Shown: piece by piece, positions 50,434 to 59,607 of the stretch
Position numbering within the stretch: position 1 is the first letter of the stretch
Layout: the number at the start of each line of letters is the position of its first letter
From: Desulfatiglandales bacterium
Lineage (GTDB): Bacteria > Desulfobacterota > DSM-4660 > Desulfatiglandales > Desulfatiglandaceae
Direction of reading: 5' to 3'
DNA: 64,000 nt
Assembly (NCBI GenBank): GCA_963662465.1
Contig: OY759599.1
Location: 4,768,001 to 4,832,000, forward strand
Notes under the pieces: model-generated
What the model was told of the DNA's origin: nothing
The model's database searches: none
What the model saw: the letters and a program-made list of their open reading frames with translations, nothing else
Translations under genes and position numbers: made by a program

Positions 50434-51951
50434 TTAGTTTTCAAGGGTGGCTTTCAATATCTCGGGAATGGTGGTGACCCCCGCCTTCACTTTTCGCCAT
50501 CCGTCCTGCCGGAGCGTCAACATTCCCGATTTTACGGCCACTTCCTTGATTTGCTCGGCGCTCGATTTCCGGATGATCTCTTTTCGAATCCGCCCGGTCA
50601 CGGGCAGGTATTCGAAAATAGCGGTTCTGCCTTTGAACCCTGTGTATCGGCACGCTTCGCAGCCCTTGCCCTCGAAAAACCCTATTTCATTTGCTTCATC
50701 AGAACTTATTTCCATGGCCTTTAGAAGCCTTTCTTCCGGTTCAATCGGTCGTTTGCATTCAGGACAAATGACCCTGACAAGCCGCTGGGCCAGGACCCCC
50801 AGGAGAGTCGAACTCAGGAGGAAACTCTCCACGCCCATGTCCAAAAGCCTTGTAATGGCCCCCGCCGCATCGTTGGTATGGAGCGTACTGAACAGCAAAT
50901 GCCCGGTCAAAGCGGATTGAATGGCAATCTCGGCGGTTTCCCGGTCCCGAATCTCCCCAACCAGGATAATATCCGGATCCTGCCGCACAATGGACCGAAG
51001 TCCACTGGCAAAGGACATGCCGATTTTCTGGTTCACCTGAATCTGGTTCACGCCGTTGAGCTGGTATTCAACCGGCTCCTCCAGGGTTATAATCTTGTTT
51101 TGTGGTGAATTGATTTTGGCAAGGGTGGTGTAGAGGGTGGATGTTTTACCGCTCCCCGTGGGGCCGGTCACCAGAATCATGCCGTAAGGCTGGGTGGTCA
51201 GTTGCTTATACTGCACCAGTACATTGTCGGGAAATCCCAGCTTATCAAGATCCAGGATCAGGGTGTCTCGATCCAGTATCCGCATGACCAGGCTTTCTCC
51301 GAAAAGGGTGGGGATGGTTGAAATCCTGAAATCAATTTCCTTCTCCGAAATCCGCAACTTGATTCTGCCGTCCTGGGGAAGTCTTCTCTCCGCAATATCC
51401 AGCTTGGCCATGATTTTAACCCTGCTGATAATGGCGGCCTGCAGACGATGGGGAGGCGATTCCACATCATGAAGGACCCCATCTATTCGGTATCGCGCTT
51501 TAAATTCATTTTCAAAGGGCTCAAAATGGATATCGCTGGCTTTCTGTTCCACCGCATTAAAAATCAACCGGTTCACCAACCGGATGATGGGGGCTTCCGA
51601 CGCCAGATCCCTTAAGTGATCCTCATCCTCAACATCACCGGCGGAAATGTCGTAAATATCCTTTCCCGCTTCCTCTATGATGGTTTCAAGGGATTGACTG
51701 CCCGCCCCGTACAATCGTTCAACGGTGTCAAGGATGTCGCCTTCTTTTCCCTGACAGACCCGAATGTCCAAACCGTATGTGACCTTCAAAGCGTCAATGG
51801 TATAAAAATCTTCCGGATCGACCATGGCGATTTCAAGAAAGTCATCCCCCATGGCCAGTGGAACGAACAGGGATTCCCGCATCATCTTGTCGGAAAGATT
51901 GTCTAATACCACCGGCTCTTTAGGATAATCTTTAAAAGTGATAGGGGTCAT
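50434..51951 (-). CDS. gspE: T2SS ATPase E
   Basis: ASDIHFEP, GPTGSGKT, RQDPDIILVGEIRD, STLHTN, CPEC/CEAC. Confidence 0.95.
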   Translation of the reverse strand: MTPITFKDYPKEPVVLDNLSDKMMRESLFVPLAMGDDFLEIAMVDPEDFYTIDALKVTYGLDIRVCQGKEGDILDTVERLYGAGSQSLETIIEEAGKDIYDISAGDVEDEDHLRDLASEAPIIRLVNRLIFNAVEQKASDIHFEPFENEFKARYRIDGVLHDVESPPHRLQAAIISRVKIMAKLDIAERRLPQDGRIKLRISEKEIDFRISTIPTLFGESLVMRILDRDTLILDLDKLGFPDNVLVQYKQLTTQPYGMILVTGPTGSGKTSTLYTTLAKINSPQNKIITLEEPVEYQLNGVNQIQVNQKIGMSFASGLRSIVRQDPDIILVGEIRDRETAEIAIQSALTGHLLFSTLHTNDAAGAITRLLDMGVESFLLSSTLLGVLAQRLVRVICPECKRPIEPEERLLKAMEISSDEANEIGFFEGKGCEACRYTGFKGRTAIFEYLPVTGRIRKEIIRKSSAEQIKEVAVKSGMLTLRQDGWRKVKAGVTTIPEILKATLEN

Positions 51952-52030
51952 GCTAATTTCACGTCTTCATCAATGCACATCGAAAAAATCCTTCTCCCTC
52001 CCAGGCCCGGACATCACTGAAAATCCCCTG

Positions 52031-53005
52031 CTATTCCTTAAAATAGTCAATGACGCTCTGGATGATGCTTTCCAGATCATGGGACGGCTCAAACCCGATG
52101 ATGTTTTTCAGTTTGCTGATATTGGGACATCGCCTTTCCATGTCCTCAAAACCAGGACCGTAAGCTTTTTCGTAGGACATATAGTCAATTTCAGACTGAC
52201 TCCCCGTCATCTCTTTGACTTTGAGCGCCAGATCGTTAATGGTCACTTCTTCATTGTTGCCCACATTGAAGACATCGCCTTCCGCCGCGGGTTCATCCAT
52301 CAACCGGGTGATGGCCTCCACCACATCGTTGACATGGGTAAAACTTCGACTCTGGGTTCCATCCCCATAAACGGTGATGGGCTTTCCGAACAAGGCGCTC
52401 TGAACAAAAGTGGGCAAAACCATGCCATACTGTCCGGTTTGCCTGGGACCTACGGTGTTAAACAATCGACCGATCAATATGGGCAGTTTTTTTTCATCAA
52501 AGTAAGCGAGGGCTTGAAATTCATCCAGTGTTTTTGAGCAGGCATAGGCCCATCGACGCTTTTTGACCGTCCCCATGACCCGGTTGTCGTCCTCCGACAA
52601 ATCGTGCGCCACATGCTTGCCGTAAATCTCAGAAGTGGACGCGATAAAGACCTTTTTCTTGAATCGATTGGCCAGTCTCAATACCACTTCAGTCCCTTTG
52701 ACGTTGGTATCCAGCGTCTCCACCGGATGGTCCATGATATTCCTGACACCCACCGCAGCCGCCAGGTGGTATATCTGATCCACCTTAAAAATCAGCTCGT
52801 TCATAACGGATTCATTTAAAATGGTGTCAATGACCAGATGCACCCGATCATGGCCCTGTATCTTCGAGATGTTGGCCAGTTTTCCGGTCCATAAATTGTC
52901 AATAATAAATACCTCGTTCCCATTTTTCAGCAAATGCTCCGCCAAATGCGAACCGATAAAACCGGCGCCCCCTGTGATTAAAATCTTCATATCATCCTCC
53001 GTCAT
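52031..53005 (-). CDS. NAD-dependent nucleotide-sugar epimerase/dehydratase (UDP-glucuronate decarboxylase-like)
   Basis: TGGAGFIGSH, HLAAAVG, STSEIYG, YACSK, RLFNTVGPRQ. Confidence 0.9.
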   Translation of the reverse strand: MTEDDMKILITGGAGFIGSHLAEHLLKNGNEVFIIDNLWTGKLANISKIQGHDRVHLVIDTILNESVMNELIFKVDQIYHLAAAVGVRNIMDHPVETLDTNVKGTEVVLRLANRFKKKVFIASTSEIYGKHVAHDLSEDDNRVMGTVKKRRWAYACSKTLDEFQALAYFDEKKLPILIGRLFNTVGPRQTGQYGMVLPTFVQSALFGKPITVYGDGTQSRSFTHVNDVVEAITRLMDEPAAEGDVFNVGNNEEVTINDLALKVKEMTGSQSEIDYMSYEKAYGPGFEDMERRCPNISKLKNIIGFEPSHDLESIIQSVIDYFKE

Positions 53006-53141
53006 TCCCCGGCCTTAGTTCGGACACACAAAAGCCCGAAACGCCATCCATTACAGCTCCGCCCCTTCGGTCACAGGCGATGAACCGCTTATATGTTTAA
53101 TTTAACTGCAAAAAACATGACCCTAGCCGTCAGGGGATAAG

Positions 53142-53705
53142 CTATTCCGCAATCCTCTCAAGGGACCAGCCTTCAATTTCCACCTCCAGGGATCTATGCA
53201 ACAGTTCAACGGATACCACGACCTGATCGGTTTTGTTCTTGTGTCGAACATAAAAACCTTCCAAACCCTTGAGAGGCCCCTCCATGATCATCACGCGGTC
53301 GCCTTTCCGCATGTAGGTGCGGTTTTGCACTGTTCGGTCAGTGCCGTCCAAGATCATCAAAGAAGAGATCTCGTGATCATCGGCGGGAACGGGTTTTCCT
53401 TTGAAAGCGACCATCCGAACCACACCAACCGTTTGGATAATGCGATAGTATTCCTCGGGTGCAAGGGCCGACCGGACAAAAACATAACCCGGAATCAGGG
53501 GCGCCAATATCTTTTTCCGTCGGTCTTTTCGACGGCTCATCACCTCAATTCGCGGAAGAAAAGCCTCAAGGGATTTTCCGCAAAGCCCGGCATGGACTTT
53601 TTGCTCAAAACGGCTTCGCGTATGCAGCGCCCACCATCTTGCAGACGCCGCAATTGAATCCGTCATGGCTTCAGTTTCTAAAATAACCTTTCCGCTCCTG
53701 TTCAC
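53142..53705 (-). CDS. Specialised NusG-family antiterminator (UpxY/RfaH/LoaP-like)
   Basis: WWALHTRSRFEQKV, PLIPGYVFV (NGN); GDRVMIMEGPLKGLEG (KOW); not in a secE-nusG-rplK context. Confidence 0.9.
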   Translation of the reverse strand: MNRSGKVILETEAMTDSIAASARWWALHTRSRFEQKVHAGLCGKSLEAFLPRIEVMSRRKDRRKKILAPLIPGYVFVRSALAPEEYYRIIQTVGVVRMVAFKGKPVPADDHEISSLMILDGTDRTVQNRTYMRKGDRVMIMEGPLKGLEGFYVRHKNKTDQVVVSVELLHRSLEVEIEGWSLERIAE

Positions 53706-53986
53706 CAGTTATTCTCCATCAATCGTTGAAAACGATTCGTCATCAATTCTTCCGATGGCGGGAATGTTGAGTAATTGATGGATTTTGTCAAGCAAAAATT
53801 GACGCCACCATCTTCCGAACGTATAATGTATCCTATGTTTTTTTTGAAAATACCATGACCTGTTCAAGCGGCGTATACCTGTGATCGCCCCTTTGAACAT
53901 TTCTCACGTCTGGTCCAACAGGGGGAGAAATCTGACGGCAAAAATGATGAGGACCTATCTTTTGAACACTATGGAAAGGGGGGGGG

Positions 53987-54063
53987 TGGTCGGGACGACT
54001 GGATTTGAACCAGCGGCCCCCGCGTCCCGAACGCGGTGCTCTACCAGACTGAGCCACGTCCCG
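53987..54063 (-). tRNA. tRNA-Pro(CGG)
   Basis: CGGGACGTGGCTCAGTCTGGTAGAGCACCGCGTTCGGGACGCGGGGGCCGCTGGTTCAAATCCAGTCGTCCCGACCA; 77 nt, anticodon loop TTCGGGA, CCA end. Confidence 0.97.
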
Positions 54064-54109
54064 ACTGGAAAGGACCATACCTTATTTTTTCCCCTGAAGC
54101 AAGTCTATT

Positions 54110-54922
54110 TTATCCCCGACCATCTCCACAAAATTCTTCATCCTTCAAAATACCGTAGGTATTCAAATAAAGATCAAATTCGGCTTTTGTCGCTTCATCC
54201 ATGGGAAGGCGCTTTCCCCTCACCAGAACCGGAATACCTTCCTCATAAAGATATTGAACCACTTCTCTAATGCCGGCAACGGCAAAAACCTCAATGCCGC
54301 TTTTTAAAACGAAATCGTTAATGGCGCTGCTTCCCTTACATCCCGGAATCACCTTTTTGTCTTTGTCATAAACCGCCGTCGTCTGTTCCCTATCAATTGC
54401 GATGCCGATCCCTTCCACATGAAACGTCATTCCTCTTAATCGTGCTTCCGCTTTGATTTTTTCAAGAAGATCGTATTTGGTGCCCATGGTGGTGGCCACA
54501 TCGTCCACAATAAACAGACGGCAACCATCAAAAAAACTGCCATTGACAAACATGCCCTTTTTCCCGCTGGCCTCTCCATGGGTTTTAGCCTCCTTACGGT
54601 CATATTCAAAAAACATTTCCTTTTGATATTCCTGCCACAGGGCGATACTGGTTGCCAGGGCAATGGCACTTCCCTTATAGGAGGGGCCCAGAATCACATC
54701 CACACGTTCCAGAAGATTCCTGGCCGCCATCATCTCAGCAAAAAAGGATCCCATCAAGAGGCTCAGCTGTCCGGTCTTGAACATGGCCATATTGACGAAA
54801 TAAGGCGTTGGACGTCCGTCCTTGAGTACCAGATCCGCATCAAAAAAAAGTGCCCCGGTTTCAGCCAAGGTCATTGCCAGTCGTTTTACATGATTTTCCA
54901 TAACAATTTTATCCCGATCCAT
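54110..54922 (-). CDS. pyrE: Orotate phosphoribosyltransferase
   Basis: LKDGRPTPYFVN, GPSYKG, DRKEAKTHGE, PRPP motif FIVDDVATTMGT. Confidence 0.85.
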   Translation of the reverse strand: MDRDKIVMENHVKRLAMTLAETGALFFDADLVLKDGRPTPYFVNMAMFKTGQLSLLMGSFFAEMMAARNLLERVDVILGPSYKGSAIALATSIALWQEYQKEMFFEYDRKEAKTHGEASGKKGMFVNGSFFDGCRLFIVDDVATTMGTKYDLLEKIKAEARLRGMTFHVEGIGIAIDREQTTAVYDKDKKVIPGCKGSSAINDFVLKSGIEVFAVAGIREVVQYLYEEGIPVLVRGKRLPMDEATKAEFDLYLNTYGILKDEEFCGDGRG

Positions 54923-55048
54923 TAATTATTGGCTAAAACAACCATTGAGAAGTTACGCTTAACTTATTGAATCACAAAAAAAATCTCGAGTTCAAACGAT
55001 ATTTAAAAATATGGAACCACCCTGAAGAACGAATGACTTCTTTCCAGG

Positions 55049-57157
55049 CTATTTGCGTGGCCCCCAACCACCTTTTGTTTCAAAAGCTTGTTTGAGTCCT
55101 TGCCGGGCTCTACTAAGCTCAGGGTTTAATTTCAGCGCCTTCATGAAGTGCTGCGCGGCTTCATCAGATTTACCCTGCTTCAAAAGTATAAAACCGAGGT
55201 TCGTTTGGGCTTGTGCAAAATCGGGGTTCAGGCGGATTGCCGCCTCAAAATACTTTGATGCTTGCTGATAATTCTCCCGCAGCATGAGGACCTGACCCAA
55301 ATTGTTTTGTATTTCGCTGTTTTCGGGATCAAGACGCGCTGCTTTTTTAAGATGCTTCAAGGCATCCTTCAATTTTCCTTGTTGAGCAAGCGTAATCCCC
55401 AGATTATTTTGGGCTTTCGCATAATCCGGCTTGAGTTTAATCGCCTGGTGGAAATAGCTGGAAGCCTCTTCGAGATGTCCTTGCTTCAATAAAAGCTGAC
55501 CAAAATTGTTCTGAATATCAGCATCCCTAGGCTTAATACGAACGGCCTTTTCCATATGTTCGGAAGCGTCAGAAAGCCTGCCCTTTTTCATCAAAATCAA
55601 CCCGAGGTTGTCGTGCGCAACAGAAAAGTTCGGTTTCAGTTCAATGGCCTTTTCATAGTGGCTCAAGGCATCATCCAACCGTCCTCGAACCTGCAGAGCA
55701 TTTCCCAGGTTATAATAAGCTCGGTGGTTATGCGAACTTTTCAATACCACATCCGACCACAAAGTTAAAGGATCCTGCCAAACCCGATTTCTCAGAAAAG
55801 TCCCAATGCCAAACGCCAGGACAACCACTGTCAAAATCGTCATAGCCCATACCTTTCGACCTCTGAACAGATCAAAGACGCCATAAACCAATAAAACAGC
55901 AAAACCGAACATGGGCAAATAGAGTCGATGTTCAAACATGGCATCGCTTATGGGAAAAATGCTCGATTCAATGGAAAGGGTGATAAAAAACCAGAAAACA
56001 CCAAAACTAATGGCTGACCTTTTCCTGATGTTCCAGAACCCGAATCCAAGGAGGACAAGCATAAAAAGAAAAGCCAGAGGCGTAAATCCATCAAAGAATC
56101 CCGTCTTGAAAGGAAACATGTAATCGATATTTTGCCCGACCGGGAAAAAAAGCAGCCGCACATACAGCACAAAAACCGTGAACTGGGTACAAAGATAGCT
56201 AAAACGGTCAACGGTTCTGGTTTCTCTGGTCAGGATAGAAACATCCTCCAGGAGATTTCCAAATCTCAAGCCACGGGTTGAAGCAAAGAAATACAGGATT
56301 AGAAATACCAGAAGGCAGGTTATGGGTACAAGCCAGATCAACTTCCCCCGCCATCCGGCCCAGGTTCTGTCAAACAGGAAGTACTCAACAAGGAGAACCA
56401 CACCGAACAGAGTCGCCGCATTTTCCTTGCACAACATGGCAAGAACACCAAAAAAAAGGAAGAAAAAAAAGCTGATGAATACCCTGAAGTCAAAGAGGGC
56501 AGAGGGCTTTTCAATCAACTGTGGAGAGATGTTTCCCGCCTTTACCCCTGAATTGGCATCAACTTGTAATTTTCTGGCCTTGATGTAAAACAACACCGAA
56601 ACCAGATAAAACATGGCCGCCATGGAGGTATATCGCTGAACTATGTAGGTAACCGATTGGGTTTGGATGGGATGCGCGACAAAAATGAGGGCCACCAGCA
56701 ACGCCATCAGGTGATTGGATATAGAAGAAAAGCCCCTCTGCTTCCTTCGCGCATCGCATCCATGACCGTTCCTGTTTATGGCAATGGTCTGCCGTTGGAC
56801 CGGAAAAAAGGAGAGTCTTCCAAACACACACAAGGCCATCAAATAGGCAAGAATGCCATTGGCCGTATGAATCAGAATGTTGACTAGATGATATCCAAAA
56901 GGGTTCAGTTTTCCCATTTGGTAATTGACCGCAAAGGAAAACTCCGTAAGGGGCCTGAGGGAAAAAAAACTTTTTAACGACGAATAGTTTTTCAAATCCC
57001 TGATCTTCTCTTTGTCCTCGATCTGAATTTTCCCATCAAAAACAAAAGGACCATCGTAAGCATTACTGTAGATCAAAAGAACCGTCGCGGCGATCAATAT
57101 CAATGCAAACCACGGGTTTGCCAATCCTTTTTCCAGAGACTTAAATTTCATGGACAA
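55049..57157 (-). CDS. TMTC-like GT-C membrane protein with C-terminal TPRs
   Basis: FVFD, RPLT, YHLVNILIH, HPIQTQSVTYIVQR, CKENA, EHRLYLP, RNRVWQD, then several TPR repeats. Confidence 0.88.
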   Translation of the reverse strand: MSMKFKSLEKGLANPWFALILIAATVLLIYSNAYDGPFVFDGKIQIEDKEKIRDLKNYSSLKSFFSLRPLTEFSFAVNYQMGKLNPFGYHLVNILIHTANGILAYLMALCVFGRLSFFPVQRQTIAINRNGHGCDARRKQRGFSSISNHLMALLVALIFVAHPIQTQSVTYIVQRYTSMAAMFYLVSVLFYIKARKLQVDANSGVKAGNISPQLIEKPSALFDFRVFISFFFFLFFGVLAMLCKENAATLFGVVLLVEYFLFDRTWAGWRGKLIWLVPITCLLVFLILYFFASTRGLRFGNLLEDVSILTRETRTVDRFSYLCTQFTVFVLYVRLLFFPVGQNIDYMFPFKTGFFDGFTPLAFLFMLVLLGFGFWNIRKRSAISFGVFWFFITLSIESSIFPISDAMFEHRLYLPMFGFAVLLVYGVFDLFRGRKVWAMTILTVVVLAFGIGTFLRNRVWQDPLTLWSDVVLKSSHNHRAYYNLGNALQVRGRLDDALSHYEKAIELKPNFSVAHDNLGLILMKKGRLSDASEHMEKAVRIKPRDADIQNNFGQLLLKQGHLEEASSYFHQAIKLKPDYAKAQNNLGITLAQQGKLKDALKHLKKAARLDPENSEIQNNLGQVLMLRENYQQASKYFEAAIRLNPDFAQAQTNLGFILLKQGKSDEAAQHFMKALKLNPELSRARQGLKQAFETKGGWGPRK

Positions 57158-57410
57158 CCACCTCTTTCGTTCATTGCCGCCATGACCCTTCCGCTATTCC
57201 AAGGATCACCCCTCCCCCCAATCTACAGACCCGAAGATGAAAGTTTTTCATGTTTTTACAAAACCCATATCCTTCCGGCTCCCTATAGCACATAAGAAAT
57301 ATTGTTTCAAAACAAAACCCTTTGTTTTTCACTCTTTTTCTTGACAGCGCATTCAAAAGCATGAAACAATCCCGCAGATTTTCCGGTTCATATAAATTGT
57401 TGAAGTAAAA

Positions 57411-58082
57411 ATGAAAAACCTAAAATTACTTATCCTGGTACCCGTTTTTAATGAGTGGCCCCATCTTTTGCCGGTTTTACAGAATCTAAGGAAACATTTC
57501 CCCAACATTCTGGTTATTGACGATGGAAGCCACGATAAATCCTACCTGAATCTTCTGAAAAAGGAGGGGTTTGAATATCTGAACCTCCCCTTTAATATGG
57601 GGCACTGGTGCGCCATTCAGACGGGCTTCAAGTACGCCCTGGCCAATGACTTTGATGGCGTTGTCACCTTTGACGGCGACGGGCAACACCTGCCCGAAGG
57701 CGCGATGCGGATCATCCCCTACTTTGGCCAAGGTTACGACGTAATTATCGGAAAGGACAATAACCGCGGCGGGTTATCTAAAAAATTTTGCTGGGGAACC
57801 CTGAACCGATTGTCGGGACTTGACATCAGCGATTTCACTTCAGGGCTGAGAGGATACAGCCGGCCCGCCATGAGCCGGTTGACCCATGGATCCTTTTTGA
57901 ACCTGGATTACCAGGATCTGGGCGTTCTGTTTATTGCCAAAAAAAAGGGGCTCAGATTAATCGAAGTGCCTGTCAGGATGGAAACCCGGCTGATGGAAAA
58001 ATCCAAAGTTTTTCCAAACCTAACGAGCATCGTAAGATACCTCCTTATTACACTGACCTTCATTCTTGCGAGAAAACTATGA
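57411..58082 (+). CDS. GT2 (polyprenol-phosphate glycosyltransferase-like)
   Basis: VPVFNE, IDDGS, AIQTGF, FDGDGQH, DFTSGLR. Confidence 0.88.
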   Translation: MKNLKLLILVPVFNEWPHLLPVLQNLRKHFPNILVIDDGSHDKSYLNLLKKEGFEYLNLPFNMGHWCAIQTGFKYALANDFDGVVTFDGDGQHLPEGAMRIIPYFGQGYDVIIGKDNNRGGLSKKFCWGTLNRLSGLDISDFTSGLRGYSRPAMSRLTHGSFLNLDYQDLGVLFIAKKKGLRLIEVPVRMETRLMEKSKVFPNLTSIVRYLLITLTFILARKL

Positions 58083-58459
58083 TTTCATATAAAATCACCA
58101 CGGGCATTATCGGCGCCGTCATTTTCCTAATCATACTGCTTCTGGTTCGCCGGGGAAAACTACAAGAAAAGTACTCTTTGACCTGGTTCGCCATTGGCAT
58201 CACGGTGGCGGTGCTGGGGATATTCCCAGTAATCCTGGATAAACTCGCCAAATTTACCGGTGTTTCCTACGCCCCGGCGTTACTATTTGTGATTGCCGTC
58301 GGCGTGCTGTTAATCCAGAGCCTGTACCTCTTTATTTTTGCGTCGCAAAACGAGGTGAGGATTAAAGAACTTCTTCAGGACGTGGCGGTGCTGAATAAAC
58401 TGGTCGAAGAATTGCGGAAATCCGCTGATTCAAGCTCTGAATCCAAGACCTCCTCATAA
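58079..58459 (+). CDS. DUF2304-like small membrane protein
   Basis: LVRRGKLQEKYSLTW, three TM helices, IKELLQDVA; coupled to GT2 (ATGA overlap). Confidence 0.8.
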   Translation: MISYKITTGIIGAVIFLIILLLVRRGKLQEKYSLTWFAIGITVAVLGIFPVILDKLAKFTGVSYAPALLFVIAVGVLLIQSLYLFIFASQNEVRIKELLQDVAVLNKLVEELRKSADSSSESKTSS

Positions 58460-59592
58460 ACCCTTTTGGTTTGACGGGCCACGGACTGAATATGAAATTT
58501 CTTCATAAAATTTTTCCGTCCTTTTTCTCCCAAAACCCGACATTGAAGCGGCGCCGCCGCCAAACTCGCCAGACATTTCGCGAGGCTCTTTTCATCCCCG
58601 GGCACAGCCAAAAGCCCGCACTCCCCTTCCCGAACCACCCAACCCGTTCCCGATCCGGGAATATCGCTTACCACAAGGGCTTTGCCATACCGCATGGCCT
58701 CCAGCAACACCACGCCGAATGCCTCGGTCCTTTCCAGGGAAGGCAAACAAAGCACGTCGCAGGTGGCAAGGAGGCTTTGAAGGGTCTTATTGGAAAGACC
58801 TCCCCTTAGCAAAACGCGGTTTTCCAGACCTCTTTGGCAAATTTCCCTTTGCAAGGCCGCCATGAGAACGCCCTCTCCCACAATCTGTACGGCAACACCC
58901 TGAATTTTCCCCGTGGCTCGAATCAGAACATCAAATCCTTTATAGTAGGTCAAACGACCTACGGCCAGAACCCTCAAGCAGTTAGGCTTCCAGCTCTTTT
59001 CCGCCTGCCGTAGCCCCGTCTCCCGGGGCTCTGGAAGACGTTCCGGATCTACGCCCAGAGGAATAACGGCGCATTTTGAAGTCCAGCGTTTTAAAGGCGC
59101 GCTATGGTGGAGATAGGGTTTTGAAGCCACCAAAATCTTTTTCGCCCGCTTAAGCACACGTTGCTCCAATGGTCGATAACATTGATAAGCCGGCTTCAGA
59201 CGGCGGTCAATGGCGGAAGGCGCCACATCGGATTGCCATTGAATCACCCATGGAATATCCCGGGCCTCCGAAAAGGCCAGACTCCAGAACGCGGAAGGGT
59301 TGGGGAAATGCAGATGAAGAAGATGAGGACGAAACGACAAAAGCGCCTGTCTCAAAACCAGCGGGAAGGACAAACTGATGGGCGTATACAGAACCTGCCC
59401 CAAGGTTGATGCTCGAAAAACCTGAACTCCCCCAACGTCTTCCCTGAAAGATTTTTTCCCGGCCAGGTGATTGTGAACCAGACCTGAAACGTCCACGCCT
59501 TCATTTCTGAGGGCCTTCAGGAGATCCCGCAAGAAGTTTTCCATCCCCCCGGCGTAAGGAGGATAATATTTTCCGATGTGAAGAATTCGCAT
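58375..59592 (-). CDS. GT4 glycosyltransferase (mannosyl/rhamnosyltransferase-like)
   Basis: LHIGKYYPPYAGGME, HLHFPNP, VGRLTYYKG, TEAFGVVLLEAM. Confidence 0.9.
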   Translation of the reverse strand: MRILHIGKYYPPYAGGMENFLRDLLKALRNEGVDVSGLVHNHLAGKKSFREDVGGVQVFRASTLGQVLYTPISLSFPLVLRQALLSFRPHLLHLHFPNPSAFWSLAFSEARDIPWVIQWQSDVAPSAIDRRLKPAYQCYRPLEQRVLKRAKKILVASKPYLHHSAPLKRWTSKCAVIPLGVDPERLPEPRETGLRQAEKSWKPNCLRVLAVGRLTYYKGFDVLIRATGKIQGVAVQIVGEGVLMAALQREICQRGLENRVLLRGGLSNKTLQSLLATCDVLCLPSLERTEAFGVVLLEAMRYGKALVVSDIPGSGTGWVVREGECGLLAVPGDEKSLAKCLASLAAAPLQCRVLGEKGRKNFMKKFHIQSVARQTKRVYEEVLDSELESADFRNSSTSLFSTATS

Positions 59593-59607
59593 GTCCGGCG
59601 CCTAAAA

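Noticed and set aside
43220..51951. Type IV pilus cluster
   Set aside because: GspG, GspK and GspD signatures are T2SS-type and no PilT retraction ATPase is present
53978..53986. G9 tract as a phase-variation switch
   Set aside because: It lies immediately 3' of the tRNA, outside any ORF or promoter spacer
53800..54063. tRNA-Pro as integration site of a genomic island carrying the locus
   Set aside because: The locus lies 3' of the tRNA, but I saw no integrase and no duplicated tRNA 3' end in the window; a far boundary could lie outside it
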